DNA of 64,000 bases, taken from contig JBKAGP010000001.1 of the NCBI GenBank assembly GCA_046290465.1, positions 2,944,001 to 3,008,000 of the forward strand, in the 5' to 3' direction. The stretch's first letter is position 1. Each line of letters begins with the position of its first letter. A program made the position numbers and the translations under genes. The stretch is from Planctomycetota bacterium (GTDB taxonomy: Bacteria > Planctomycetota > UBA1135 > UBA2386). Positions 38,756-48,264 of this stretch are shown in pieces. The notes below the pieces were generated by a model that saw only the letters and a program-made list of their open reading frames with translations, searched no databases and was not told where the DNA came from.

Positions 38756-39757
38756 ATGAACCCTACCTCCCCAATGGTCGGCCCAGCGCTCACAGCGGCC
38801 TTCTTCCTCATCGCTGCAGCCATTCCAGCACAGGGGATCGCGCTTCGAACCGGCGAGGTCGTTATCGGACGAGTCGTGAACGTGCAGGCATCGACCATCG
38901 AAATCGCCGTTACGTTTCCACGCGTCGAAACGCGCGTTCTCAAGCGCGGCGACATCAAGCCTCGGTCGATGTATGCGATCCTGTCCGGACGCATGGATCA
39001 AACAAGCGGCACGGCTCATCTCGAGCTTGCTCAGACGTGTCGTGAACTTGGTCTGTTTGCCTTCGGCATTGCCGAGGCACGTGAATCTGCACGTCGCGAC
39101 CCTGCCCTGACCGATGCGAGCAATCGCCTCATCAAGGCTCTCAGGCAATCCATCGCGACGCAACTCCTGCGCGCTGCCAGTTCCGACGCAGAAGCGGGTC
39201 TCTACGGCTCCGCAAAGCTCGCTGCACAGACGATCGTCCGGGACTACTCAGACACGGACGCCGCGGCCGCCGCACGAGCCCTGCTCAAGAAGGTCCGCTC
39301 GGTCGCCACACCATTCGCGCGCGTCGTCACCGAGAAGGAAGCAACAGCGGCCATCAAGAAGGTCAGGCGCGCGCTGGAGCGGAGCGCGTCTGACTCTGCG
39401 CCCCCCGCCCACGGAAAGATGCGAGATCAACGCCGCCTACAACGAGGGATCGCGCGCATGGAGAAGACCTGGAAGGCCGTGCACGACCTGGTCGGCCCTG
39501 AAGCATCAGAAACTGAACAAGCGTCGACAAATGCTTCCAGCACCGCCGACCGCCTTGCGGCCGCCCAAGCGGAGCTACGCAGCCGCCTGACCGCGGCGTA
39601 CCTCGCACTCGGTCAAATCTACCTCGAACGAGAGGCGTTGTCGGACGCAAGCGAGTGGTGCAACAAGGCGTGCGAGACCGACCCGGAGAACAAGGGGTCC
39701 CACCGACTCCACTCGTTGATCCTACAGGCGAAGATCATCAGCGGGTCCGGCTACTGA
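38756..39757 (+). CDS. Exported helical/TPR-like protein
   Basis: Signal peptide; C-terminal AYLALGQIYLE..DASEWCNKACETDPEN TPR-like repeat. Confidence 0.7.
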   Translation: MNPTSPMVGPALTAAFFLIAAAIPAQGIALRTGEVVIGRVVNVQASTIEIAVTFPRVETRVLKRGDIKPRSMYAILSGRMDQTSGTAHLELAQTCRELGLFAFGIAEARESARRDPALTDASNRLIKALRQSIATQLLRAASSDAEAGLYGSAKLAAQTIVRDYSDTDAAAAARALLKKVRSVATPFARVVTEKEATAAIKKVRRALERSASDSAPPAHGKMRDQRRLQRGIARMEKTWKAVHDLVGPEASETEQASTNASSTADRLAAAQAELRSRLTAAYLALGQIYLEREALSDASEWCNKACETDPENKGSHRLHSLILQAKIISGSGY

Positions 39758-39847
39758 GCCCACCAAACCGAGCGCCCCTAAGATGGTACGGGTCACCGCC
39801 TATGGGGGTGCGGCTCTCATGATCCGCACATATCGAGTCAACTCACG

Positions 39848-41251
39848 ATGAAGACGACAGCACAACGTCGGTGGACGCGAGTCCGCGTCGGCAACGCCCT
39901 CTGTTGCCTCCTACCCACGATTGCCGCGTGCAGCATGCATCCACGCACGACGCCCATCGGTCCGTACACCAGCGCACCAGCCGGAATGCGCGCCGAACGG
40001 CCGCAACTGCCCGACTTCACAATCAACTCCGATCTCGATACCTACATCCGGTACGCGCTACTGAACAACCCCGGCTTGGAAGCCGCGTTCCAGGACTACA
40101 TCGCCGCGATGGAGCGCATCCCCCAGGTGACGGCGCTCCCGGATCCGAGGTTCAGCTACCGGTACTACATCCAGGAAGTCGAGACCCGCGTCGGTCCGCA
40201 ACAGCACGCGTTCGGCCTATCACAGACACTGCCTTGGTTCGGCAAACTCGAGTTGCAGGGCCAGATCGCCTCGGGCGCTGCAGGTGCCGCTAAGGAGAGG
40301 TTCGAGGCGAAGAAAGACTCGCTTGTCGCAGAGGTCATCGATGCCTACCTGGAGTACTACCATCTGGGGCGTGCCGTCGAAGTCGTCCGCGGCAACCGCG
40401 ACCTCATCCAGCAGCTTGAGCGAGTAGCCCGCGCCCGCTACGGGGCAGGAGCCGCCAACCACCCCGATATCATCCGCGCCCAGGTGGAACTCGGCCAGCT
40501 GGAGAACCAGCTGGCCAGCCTGGACGATCGCAAGTCGCCATTCATCGCACGATTGAACGCGGCGCTCAATCGACGCAAATCGACTCCGATCCCGTTCCCA
40601 AAGAAGGCCGACGTCCATCCGCTCGGGGCCCCCGACGAAGAGGTTCTCGGGTGGATTGCCACCAGCAACCCGGAGCTCATGGCGATGCGGCACGAAATCG
40701 ACGCCGCAAGGGCAGCCGCCCTGCGTGCCGAGAAGGACTTCTACCCCGACTTCACCTTCGGTGTCGATTACCTGGCCACCGGCGATGCTCGCATGCCTGG
40801 AGTGGCGGGCAGCGGCGACGATGCCGTCATTGCTGGCGTCTCTTTCAATCTTCCAATTGCACGCGGCAAGTACAACGCGGCCGTTCGTGAAGCCAAAGCC
40901 CGCCAGTTTTCGACGGCACTGAGACGAGGAGACCTGCTCAACAAGCTTCAGGCAGAAGCGGCGACTGCGCTGTTCCGCATCCGCGACGCAGAACGACAGA
41001 TTGCCTTGTATCGCGACACACTGCTTCCCAAGGCGCGCGAGTCGCTCGCGACCACTCAGACAGCCTACAGCGCGGGGAATGGAAGCTTCTCCGACCTGGT
41101 GGATGCGCAGCGGATGCTGCTGTCCTTCGAACTGTCATTCGAGCGATCCCGTGCCGACCACGGACAGTGGCGAGCGGTACTCGAGCGCCTCGTCGGCCAC
41201 GCGATCCCCACGAAGAGCGCGGACGTGAAATCGTCCGACAAGGAGAAGTAG
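39848..41251 (+). CDS. cusC: TolC-family outer membrane factor (CusC-like)
   Basis: ALLNNPGL, LPDP, QTLPWFGK, YPDFTFG, LERLVG; upstream of the adaptor and RND genes. Confidence 0.88.
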   Translation: MKTTAQRRWTRVRVGNALCCLLPTIAACSMHPRTTPIGPYTSAPAGMRAERPQLPDFTINSDLDTYIRYALLNNPGLEAAFQDYIAAMERIPQVTALPDPRFSYRYYIQEVETRVGPQQHAFGLSQTLPWFGKLELQGQIASGAAGAAKERFEAKKDSLVAEVIDAYLEYYHLGRAVEVVRGNRDLIQQLERVARARYGAGAANHPDIIRAQVELGQLENQLASLDDRKSPFIARLNAALNRRKSTPIPFPKKADVHPLGAPDEEVLGWIATSNPELMAMRHEIDAARAAALRAEKDFYPDFTFGVDYLATGDARMPGVAGSGDDAVIAGVSFNLPIARGKYNAAVREAKARQFSTALRRGDLLNKLQAEAATALFRIRDAERQIALYRDTLLPKARESLATTQTAYSAGNGSFSDLVDAQRMLLSFELSFERSRADHGQWRAVLERLVGHAIPTKSADVKSSDKEK

Positions 41252-41255
41252 CAAG

Positions 41256-43595
41256 ATGAACGTAAGCAAGACCACCCGTCTGACCGCGCTGCTCGTCGCC
41301 ACAACCATCGCCGGGCTCGGAGTCGGCTACCTCCTATGGGGTGATGCAACACCGCCCACGCACCCCGAGCACTCGACGACTACGCACGAAGGCCATGCCG
41401 CTGCAGCCGAAGTGTGGACCTGCTCCATGCACCCACAGATCCGCATGCCATCGCAGGGCAAGTGCCCCATCTGCGGGATGGATCTCATCCGGGCCTCGAG
41501 CGGCGGCGACTCGGGTGGGCTACGACAACTGACGATACGTCCGGAACAGCGAGCCCTCATGCGCGTTCGAACCGTCCCCGTCGAGCGACGCTTCCCCGAT
41601 GCAAGGGTGCGCCTCGTCGGCAAGGTGACCTACGACGAGACACGACTCGGCTACATCACCGCTTGGGTTCCAGGGAGAATCGACGAGCTCTACGTAGACT
41701 TCACCGGGGTCACCGTGCGCAAGGGTGACCACATGGTGAAGCTCTACAGCCCTGAGCTCTATCGCGCGCAGGAGGAGCTGCTACAGGCGCTAGCATCGCT
41801 TGGAGACCTGCAGAAGAGCGAGTTCGAATCACTGAGAGCCTCGGCTCAGGGCACCATCGACTCGGCACGAGAGAAGCTGCGCCTCTGGGGCCTCTCGAAG
41901 GAGCAGATCTCGGCAATCGAGAAACGGGGATCTGCCGAGGAGCACGTCACGATCCACGCACCTTCATCCGGCCTCGTCATCCACCGTAGTGCCCAGGAGG
42001 GCATGTACGTGCAGACGGGAACGCGCATCTTCACGATCGCGGACCTCAGTCACGTCTGGGTGCAACTGGACGCATACGAGAGCGACCTGGAGTGGCTTCG
42101 ATATGGTCAGCAGGTCTCGTTCGAGACCGAGGCCTACGGCGGACGACGGTTCAACGGCCGAATCTCCTTCATCGACCCCGTCCTCGACCGTCGCACACGC
42201 ACCGTCAAGGTCCGCGTGAACGTGCCGAATCCCGACGGCCTGCTCAAGCCAGACATGTTCGTGCACGCAACCGTCGCGGCCCGGATCGCTGGCGCTGGCA
42301 AGGTCATGGATCCATCCCTCGTCGGAAAGTGGATCTCCCCCATGCATCCCGAGATCGTGAAGGACGGCCCCGGCAAGTGCGACGTGTGCGGCATGGATCT
42401 CGTCCCTGCCCACGAACTCGGCTACGTCCCCGCAACTGAAGTTCAGGACGAAGCCCCGCTCGTTGTGCCGGTCTCCGCCACCTTGGTGACCGGAACGCGC
42501 GCCATCGTCTACGTCGAGCTCCCCGACCGAGAGACTCCGACCTACGAGGGTCGGGAGGTCGTGCTCGGACCGAGAGCCGGCGACCAGTACGTCGTCCTTC
42601 ACGGCCTCCAGGAAAACGAGCTCGTGGTGGCCGAAGGCAACTTCAAGATCGACAGCGCTCTCCAGTTGCAGGCCAGACCGAGCATGATGAGCCCTGCGGG
42701 CGGCCAGCCCGCGGGCGGCCACAACCACGGCGGCGGAGCCGGAACGAAGCCAGCAACGATGCCCTCGGGTCAGAGCCACGCTTCCATGCTCTCGGCGGGC
42801 GCGCGGACTCGACTGCAGCTGATCGAGCGGGTCTACGCTGACATCACCGCGTCCGTAGATGCAGGCGACCTCCACGAAGCAAAACAACGGTTCGAGCAAC
42901 TCGGCAAGGCCGTTGCCGAAACCCGGATGCAGCTGTTCGAGGGGGATTCCCACAAGATGTGGATGGAGCTGTCGATGCGCCTGTCGAACGACGCATTCGA
43001 AGGCAGTGCTTCGCCTGACACGTCGACCGCGAAGTCAAACCTCGGGAAGCTCACCACGTCGGTCGAGATGATGCGGAAGCACTTCCAAACGACGGCAGAA
43101 TCCCCGTCAGGTACGCCCGTCGAGTTGCCGGAGGAGGTGCGCTCAGCGCTTCGACGGAACTGGGAGGCTTACTCTGATCTGCATTCGGCCCTCGCAGCTG
43201 ACGATCTCAGCAAGGCCAAGTCGGCAGCGTCGAAGCTGGCCGCCGCAACCGACGGCGTTTCGTCGACGTCTCTACCAGCACCGGCGCAAGTCGCGTGGCA
43301 ATCGTTGACGAACGCAGTGGTCACGAGCGCGCGCCAGATTTCCGAGGGCGACGACATCGAAGGTGCGCGAGCGGCGTTCGAGCAAGTGTCCAAGGGTATT
43401 GAAACGGCACTCCGCGCACTCGGTTCGCCTGCGAAGGTCCGTGTCATGCATTGCCCAATGGCATTCGACGGCCGCGGCGCGCGTTGGTTGCAGGGTTCGG
43501 ACGAGGTGCAGAACCCCTACTACGGCGCCAAGATGCTGGATTGCGGCTCCGCCATCGAAACCCTCGAGCCTCGCGAGGACCTCCGTGGCAAGTGA
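41256..43595 (+). CDS. cusB: CusB-like RND adaptor with heavy-metal-binding and DUF3347-like domains
   Basis: WTCSMHP..CPICGMDL, SPMHP..CDVCGMDL, LYSPEL, LKPDMF, C-terminal HCPMA..WLQ..NPYYGAKMLDCG. Confidence 0.9.
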   Translation: MNVSKTTRLTALLVATTIAGLGVGYLLWGDATPPTHPEHSTTTHEGHAAAAEVWTCSMHPQIRMPSQGKCPICGMDLIRASSGGDSGGLRQLTIRPEQRALMRVRTVPVERRFPDARVRLVGKVTYDETRLGYITAWVPGRIDELYVDFTGVTVRKGDHMVKLYSPELYRAQEELLQALASLGDLQKSEFESLRASAQGTIDSAREKLRLWGLSKEQISAIEKRGSAEEHVTIHAPSSGLVIHRSAQEGMYVQTGTRIFTIADLSHVWVQLDAYESDLEWLRYGQQVSFETEAYGGRRFNGRISFIDPVLDRRTRTVKVRVNVPNPDGLLKPDMFVHATVAARIAGAGKVMDPSLVGKWISPMHPEIVKDGPGKCDVCGMDLVPAHELGYVPATEVQDEAPLVVPVSATLVTGTRAIVYVELPDRETPTYEGREVVLGPRAGDQYVVLHGLQENELVVAEGNFKIDSALQLQARPSMMSPAGGQPAGGHNHGGGAGTKPATMPSGQSHASMLSAGARTRLQLIERVYADITASVDAGDLHEAKQRFEQLGKAVAETRMQLFEGDSHKMWMELSMRLSNDAFEGSASPDTSTAKSNLGKLTTSVEMMRKHFQTTAESPSGTPVELPEEVRSALRRNWEAYSDLHSALAADDLSKAKSAASKLAAATDGVSSTSLPAPAQVAWQSLTNAVVTSARQISEGDDIEGARAAFEQVSKGIETALRALGSPAKVRVMHCPMAFDGRGARWLQGSDEVQNPYYGAKMLDCGSAIETLEPREDLRGK

Positions 43596-46500
43596 TCTCA
43601 CCAACGAACCGAAGTCGTTCCTGGACCGCCTGATCTGGTTCTGCCTACGGAAGAAGCTGATCGTCTTCCTCCTTGTGCTCGGCGTCATGGGATGGGGTGC
43701 GCTCGTCGCCCCGTTCGATTGGAAAGCAGGTGGCTTGCCACGCGATCCGGTTCCGGTCGACGCCATCCCCGACATCGGTGAGAACCAGCAGATCGTATTC
43801 ACCGAGTGGATGGGGCGATCGCCACAAGACGTCGAGGACCAGATCACCTACCCGCTCACCGTCGCGCTGCTCGGGCTGCCCGGTGTCAAGACGGTACGCA
43901 GTTACTCGTTCTTCGGCTTCTCGACCGTTTACATCATCTTCGATGAGGACATCGACTTCTACTGGAGCAGAAGCCGCGTCCTCGAGAAGCTCAACAGCCT
44001 GCCGAGAGGCACCTTGCCCGCGGACGTCCAGCCAGCGCTCGGACCGGACGCCACGGCACTGGGTCAGGTCTACTGGTACACACTCGAGGGGCGCGACCCC
44101 GACGGCAACCCCACTGGAGGATGGGGGCCACAGGAGTTGCGCAGTGTGCAGGACTGGTATGTCCGCTACACGCTGCTTGCTGCAGAAGGCGTAAGCGAGG
44201 TCGCCTCCATCGGTGGATTCGTCGAGGAATACCAGATCGACGTCGATCCGGACGCCATGCGGGCACACGGCGTCACGCTGGATCAGGTCTTCGCGGCAAC
44301 GAAGATGTCGAACCTCGACGTCGGCGCTCGCACGATCGAGGTCAGCCGAGCCGAGTATGTGATCCGCGGCCTTGGCTTCGTCAAGAACGTCGAGGACATC
44401 GAGGAGACCGTCGTACGTGTCAACGACAACGTGCCGATCCGCGTCCGCGATGTCGGCCATGTCACCAAGGGGCCCGCCCTGCGTCGAGGGGCGTTGGACA
44501 AGGGCGGCGCAGAAGCCGTTGGCGGTGTCGTTGTGGTCCGTTACGGCTTCAACCCGCTTCAGGCGATCAAGAACACCAAGGCGAAGATCGCGGAGATCGC
44601 CCCTGGACTGCCGACGAAGGCAATCGCTGACTTCACGGCAACGTCGAAAGACGCGCTACGCGGCTTCGCAGCCCTACAGGGGTTCGAGGCGTTCGATGGT
44701 GACGACCTCAACCAAGCGGCCTGGGTGCCGTTCTTGAGATCCAATGAGAAGTCGGCATGGCCTACCGGCGTGAACCTCAGCCAGGTGACCATCGTCCCGT
44801 TCTATGACCGAACGGACCTCATCTACGAGACTCTCGGCACGCTCAACTCAGCGCTCGTCGAGGAGATCCTCGTGACGATGATCGTGATGCTCATCATGGT
44901 GCTTCACCTGAGGAGCTCCTTGCTCATCAGCGCTTTGCTCCCAGTCGCCGTACTGATGTGCTTCATCGCCATGCGAACGTTCGGGGTCGCGGCGAACATC
45001 GTCGCGCTTTCGGGTATTGCAATCGCCATCGGCACGATGGTCGACATGGGCGTAATCATCTGTGAGAACGTCCTGCGCCACCTCAGGGAAGCGGATCCCG
45101 ACACACCTCCCATCGAGACGATCTTCCGTGCTACACGCGAGGTTGGCAGCGCCGTCATCACCTCCGTCGCGACGACCGTCGTCAGCTTCTTGCCCGTATT
45201 CACGATGACGGGCGCCGAAGGCAAGCTCTTCCAACCACTCGCCTTCACCAAGACGTTCGCCCTGGTTGCATCGATCATCGTCGCACTGACGGTGATCCCA
45301 CCGGCGGCCCACATCCTGTTCACGGGCTCGATTCGCTCGACGCGCACCAAGGCTCTCATGCATGCGGGGCTTGCCGCCGCAGGACTCGTCGTAGCTATCA
45401 CAACAAGCATCGTCGGAGGGAGTCTGCTCCTGGCATTTGCGGCATTCCAACTCCTCAAGAGCAGGATCCCGCGCTGGACCGGTAACTCGGGGCCGATCGT
45501 CGTCAGCCTGGCTGTTGCGCTATTCGTTCTGATCGAACTAACGCAATCGTGGCTACCGCTCGGTCCCAGTCGCGGGTTCCTCAAGAACCTGGCATTCGTC
45601 GGGGTTCTGATCGGCGGACTGCTAGGAACGTTCCTCGCCTTCCAACGCGTTTATCCGCGCGTCCTGCGATGGTGCCTGCGACACAAGCTCCTGTTCCTGT
45701 CGGCGCCAACCCTCATCGTCGCTCTCGGCGCCTGCTCCTGGTTCGGTTTCGATCGCGTCTTCGGCTTTGCGCCCGAGTTCATGCGACAGAGTGCACCCTG
45801 GCAACGGATGGCGAGCGTGTTCCCGGGGCTCGGCAAGGAGTTCATGCCACCACTGGACGAGGGCTCCTACCTGTTCATGCCGACGACACTCCCCCATGCG
45901 TCGATCGGTGAGTCCATGGAGGTCCTGCAGTATCAGGACACCTCCATCGCCAGGATACCGGAGGTCGAGTCAGTCGTCGGGAAGCTGGGTCGAGCTGAAA
46001 CTCCTCTTGACCCAGCCCCGATCTCGATGATCGAGACGGTCATCAACTATCGGCCCGAATACATCACCGATAAAGACGGAGACCGCATCAGCTTCCGCTT
46101 CGACGAGGAAACGGGCGAGTTTGCGAGAAACGAAGAAGGCGACCTGATCCCCGACACGAACGGACGCCCGTTCCGACAGTGGCGCGATCACATCAAATCT
46201 CCCGACGACATCTGGGACGAGATCGTCGCGGCATCCGAGATACCCGGCACGACATCTGCCCCGAAACTGCAGCCGATCGCGGCGCGCATCGTCATGTTGC
46301 AAAGCGGCATGCGAGCGCCGATGGGCATCAAGGTGAAAGGGCCCGATCTCGCTACGATCGAGGAGGTCGCCGTGCAGCTGGAGCGCTACCTGAAGCAGGT
46401 CCCAGGCGTATCCGCTCCGACGGTGACCGCCGACCGCCTGGTTGGCAAGCCCTACCTCGAGATCGAGCTCAACCGCAAGGCGCTCGGCAGGTATGGCCTC

Positions 46501-47505
46501 CATGTCGGCTCGGTGCAACAGGTCATCGAGGTAGCCATCGGCGGTAAGCGAATCACCACGACGGTCGAGGGTCGTGAGCGGTACCCGGTACGCGTCCGGT
46601 ATCTGCGGGAGTTGCGCGACACGCCCGAGAGCCTCGGAGAGATCCTTGTTCCCACTCCGACCGGCGCGCAGGTCCCGCTCTCTGAGCTCTCGGAGATTCG
46701 CTTCGTTCGCGGACCACAGGCCATCAAGAGTGAAGACACGTTCCTCATCGGCTACGTGGTTTTCGACAAGCAAGCGGACAGCGCAGAAGTCGACGTTGTT
46801 GAAGAATGCCAGGCGTTCCTACAGCAGAAGCTCGACTCCGGCGAGTTCGTACTGCCCGCCGGCGTGAGCTACAGCTTCTCCGGAAGCTACGAGAACCAAA
46901 TCCGATCCCAAAAGACGCTTGCGCTGGTCTTGCCCGTCGCGCTGTTCGTCATCTTCCTGATCCTCTACCTCCAGTTCGGTTCGGTCTCGACCTCGCTGCT
47001 GGTGTTTTCGGGCATCGTGGTCGCATGGGCAGGAGGCTTCCTCCTTATCTGGATGTACGGCATCGGAGGCTTCCTCGACATCGACCTGTTCGGCGAGAAT
47101 CTGCGCGCCCTCTTCCAGGTCGACACCATCAACCTGAGCGTCGCCATCTGGGTCGGATTCCTGGCCCTATTCGGCATCGCGTCAGACGACGGCGTCGTGA
47201 TGGCGACCTACCTCGAACAGAGTTTCCGCGGAGCACATCCGCGGTCTCGCGAAGACATACACAACTTGGTCGTGGAGGGAGCCAAGAAGCGTATCCGCCC
47301 CGCGCTCATGACGAGCGCGACGACGATCCTCGCACTCATCCCGGTCCTGACCTCGACGGGCCGCGGGTCCGACATCATGGTCCCGATGGCCATCCCTTCT
47401 TTCGGTGGGATGCTGATCGCCATGCTCACGGTATTCGTCGTACCCGTGCTCTACTGCACCATCAAGGAGCGGCGGCTCGGTAGCCAGCACACGACGACGG
47501 GCTGA
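43585..47505 (+). CDS. cusA: CusA-family Cu/Ag RND permease
   Basis: VDAIPDIGENQQI, LGPDATALG, EFMPPLDEG, MIET, MLQSGMRAPMG, RIRPALMT; GTG start overlapping cusB. Confidence 0.94.
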   Translation: MASDLTNEPKSFLDRLIWFCLRKKLIVFLLVLGVMGWGALVAPFDWKAGGLPRDPVPVDAIPDIGENQQIVFTEWMGRSPQDVEDQITYPLTVALLGLPGVKTVRSYSFFGFSTVYIIFDEDIDFYWSRSRVLEKLNSLPRGTLPADVQPALGPDATALGQVYWYTLEGRDPDGNPTGGWGPQELRSVQDWYVRYTLLAAEGVSEVASIGGFVEEYQIDVDPDAMRAHGVTLDQVFAATKMSNLDVGARTIEVSRAEYVIRGLGFVKNVEDIEETVVRVNDNVPIRVRDVGHVTKGPALRRGALDKGGAEAVGGVVVVRYGFNPLQAIKNTKAKIAEIAPGLPTKAIADFTATSKDALRGFAALQGFEAFDGDDLNQAAWVPFLRSNEKSAWPTGVNLSQVTIVPFYDRTDLIYETLGTLNSALVEEILVTMIVMLIMVLHLRSSLLISALLPVAVLMCFIAMRTFGVAANIVALSGIAIAIGTMVDMGVIICENVLRHLREADPDTPPIETIFRATREVGSAVITSVATTVVSFLPVFTMTGAEGKLFQPLAFTKTFALVASIIVALTVIPPAAHILFTGSIRSTRTKALMHAGLAAAGLVVAITTSIVGGSLLLAFAAFQLLKSRIPRWTGNSGPIVVSLAVALFVLIELTQSWLPLGPSRGFLKNLAFVGVLIGGLLGTFLAFQRVYPRVLRWCLRHKLLFLSAPTLIVALGACSWFGFDRVFGFAPEFMRQSAPWQRMASVFPGLGKEFMPPLDEGSYLFMPTTLPHASIGESMEVLQYQDTSIARIPEVESVVGKLGRAETPLDPAPISMIETVINYRPEYITDKDGDRISFRFDEETGEFARNEEGDLIPDTNGRPFRQWRDHIKSPDDIWDEIVAASEIPGTTSAPKLQPIAARIVMLQSGMRAPMGIKVKGPDLATIEEVAVQLERYLKQVPGVSAPTVTADRLVGKPYLEIELNRKALGRYGLHVGSVQQVIEVAIGGKRITTTVEGRERYPVRVRYLRELRDTPESLGEILVPTPTGAQVPLSELSEIRFVRGPQAIKSEDTFLIGYVVFDKQADSAEVDVVEECQAFLQQKLDSGEFVLPAGVSYSFSGSYENQIRSQKTLALVLPVALFVIFLILYLQFGSVSTSLLVFSGIVVAWAGGFLLIWMYGIGGFLDIDLFGENLRALFQVDTINLSVAIWVGFLALFGIASDDGVVMATYLEQSFRGAHPRSREDIHNLVVEGAKKRIRPALMTSATTILALIPVLTSTGRGSDIMVPMAIPSFGGMLIAMLTVFVVPVLYCTIKERRLGSQHTTTG

Positions 47506-47562
47506 TGAATCGAAACCGAGACGCTAACCGCGACGTGGGAAGCGTCACGGCTGCAGCTGAGC

Positions 47563-47587
47563 GCCAACGCCACGTCGTGGCGTTGGC
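47563..47587. terminator. Hairpin between convergent genes
   Basis: GCCAACGCCAC-GTC-GTGGCGTTGGC; no clear U-tract. Confidence 0.45.
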
Positions 47588-47640
47588 CTTGCATTGGCCC
47601 GCAGCCAGCGCCCGGGGCCCGATCGTCTAGCCGACCCAGC

Positions 47641-48264
47641 TCAGAGCTTCTTCTCGGCCTTGATGCCTGGTTTGGCAGCCTTCTTCGCCGCCGGTTTCTT
47701 CTCGACCAAGGCGAAGGAGCTCACCTTGAACTTCGTGTCTGCAAGTGCCTTGACGACAGCCTCGCGAGTGAGCGAGCCCTTCTTCATGGCTACGGTCACG
47801 GCCTTGGCCTTGAGGTCGACTTCGACGCTATTCACACCCGCGATCTTGGCGAGGGTCTCACGGACCCCCGAGGCGCAACCGCCTCAAGTCATTCCCGTCA
47901 CGCCCACGACGTAGACGCCCTTCGGAGTCATGCGCGTAGCCTTGACCGACGCGAAGGAGCTCACCTTGAACTTGGTGTCCACGAGCGCCTTGACGACAGC
48001 TTCGCGCGTCAGCCCCCCCTTCTTCATGGCTACGGTCGCGGTCTTGGCTTTGAGGTCGATCTCGACGCTCTTCACGCCTGCGATCTTGGCGAGGGTCTCA
48101 CGGACCCCCGAGGCGCAACCGCCTCAGGTCATCCCCGTCACGCCGACGACGTATGTGGCCGGGGTAGTCGACTTCGCCGCAGGAACGTTCTTGGTCTCCT
48201 GAGCGATTGCTTGGACGCCTCCAAAGACGACTCCGCATAGCAGTGCGAGCACGGTGGTTCTCAT
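47641..48264 (-). CDS. Putative exported tandem-HMA selenoprotein with two Sec (U47, U127; GMT-U-GGC twice)
   Basis: GAGAGGA RBS, signal peptide MRTTVLALLCGVVFGGVQAIA; in-frame TGA at 48124-48126 and 47884-47886, each within YVVGVTGMT*GGCASGVRETLAKIAGV.SVE.DL; 207 aa with readthrough. Confidence 0.9.
47850..47870 (-). promoter_or_regulatory. SECIS-like hairpin after the second UGA
   Basis: CGGGGGUC [CGUGA] GACCCUCG; the loop starts 21 nt after the UGA. Confidence 0.72.
48090..48110 (-). promoter_or_regulatory. SECIS-like hairpin after the first UGA
   Basis: Identical CGGGGGUC [CGUGA] GACCCUCG at the same spacing. Confidence 0.72.

Larger units (their letters stand above)
47710..48153 (-). 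repeat. Tandem duplication of the HMA domain, 240-bp period
   Basis: 47710-47913 and 47950-48153 are near-identical, with scattered substitutions. Confidence 0.9.

Noticed and set aside
26841..48264. Genome-wide UGA reassignment (Trp/Gly) as the explanation for the in-frame TGAs
   Set aside because: Many intact genes here end at TGA at their expected C-termini (parA, radC, hamA, cusB, cusA, czcB, czcC); readthrough is needed only at Cys-equivalent positions followed by hairpins
47641..48264. Pseudogene with nonsense mutations
   Set aside because: Duplication could copy one stop, but the divergent gene at 26841-27143 has TGA at the same motif position, the frames are otherwise intact, and the post-UGA sequence is selectively conserved
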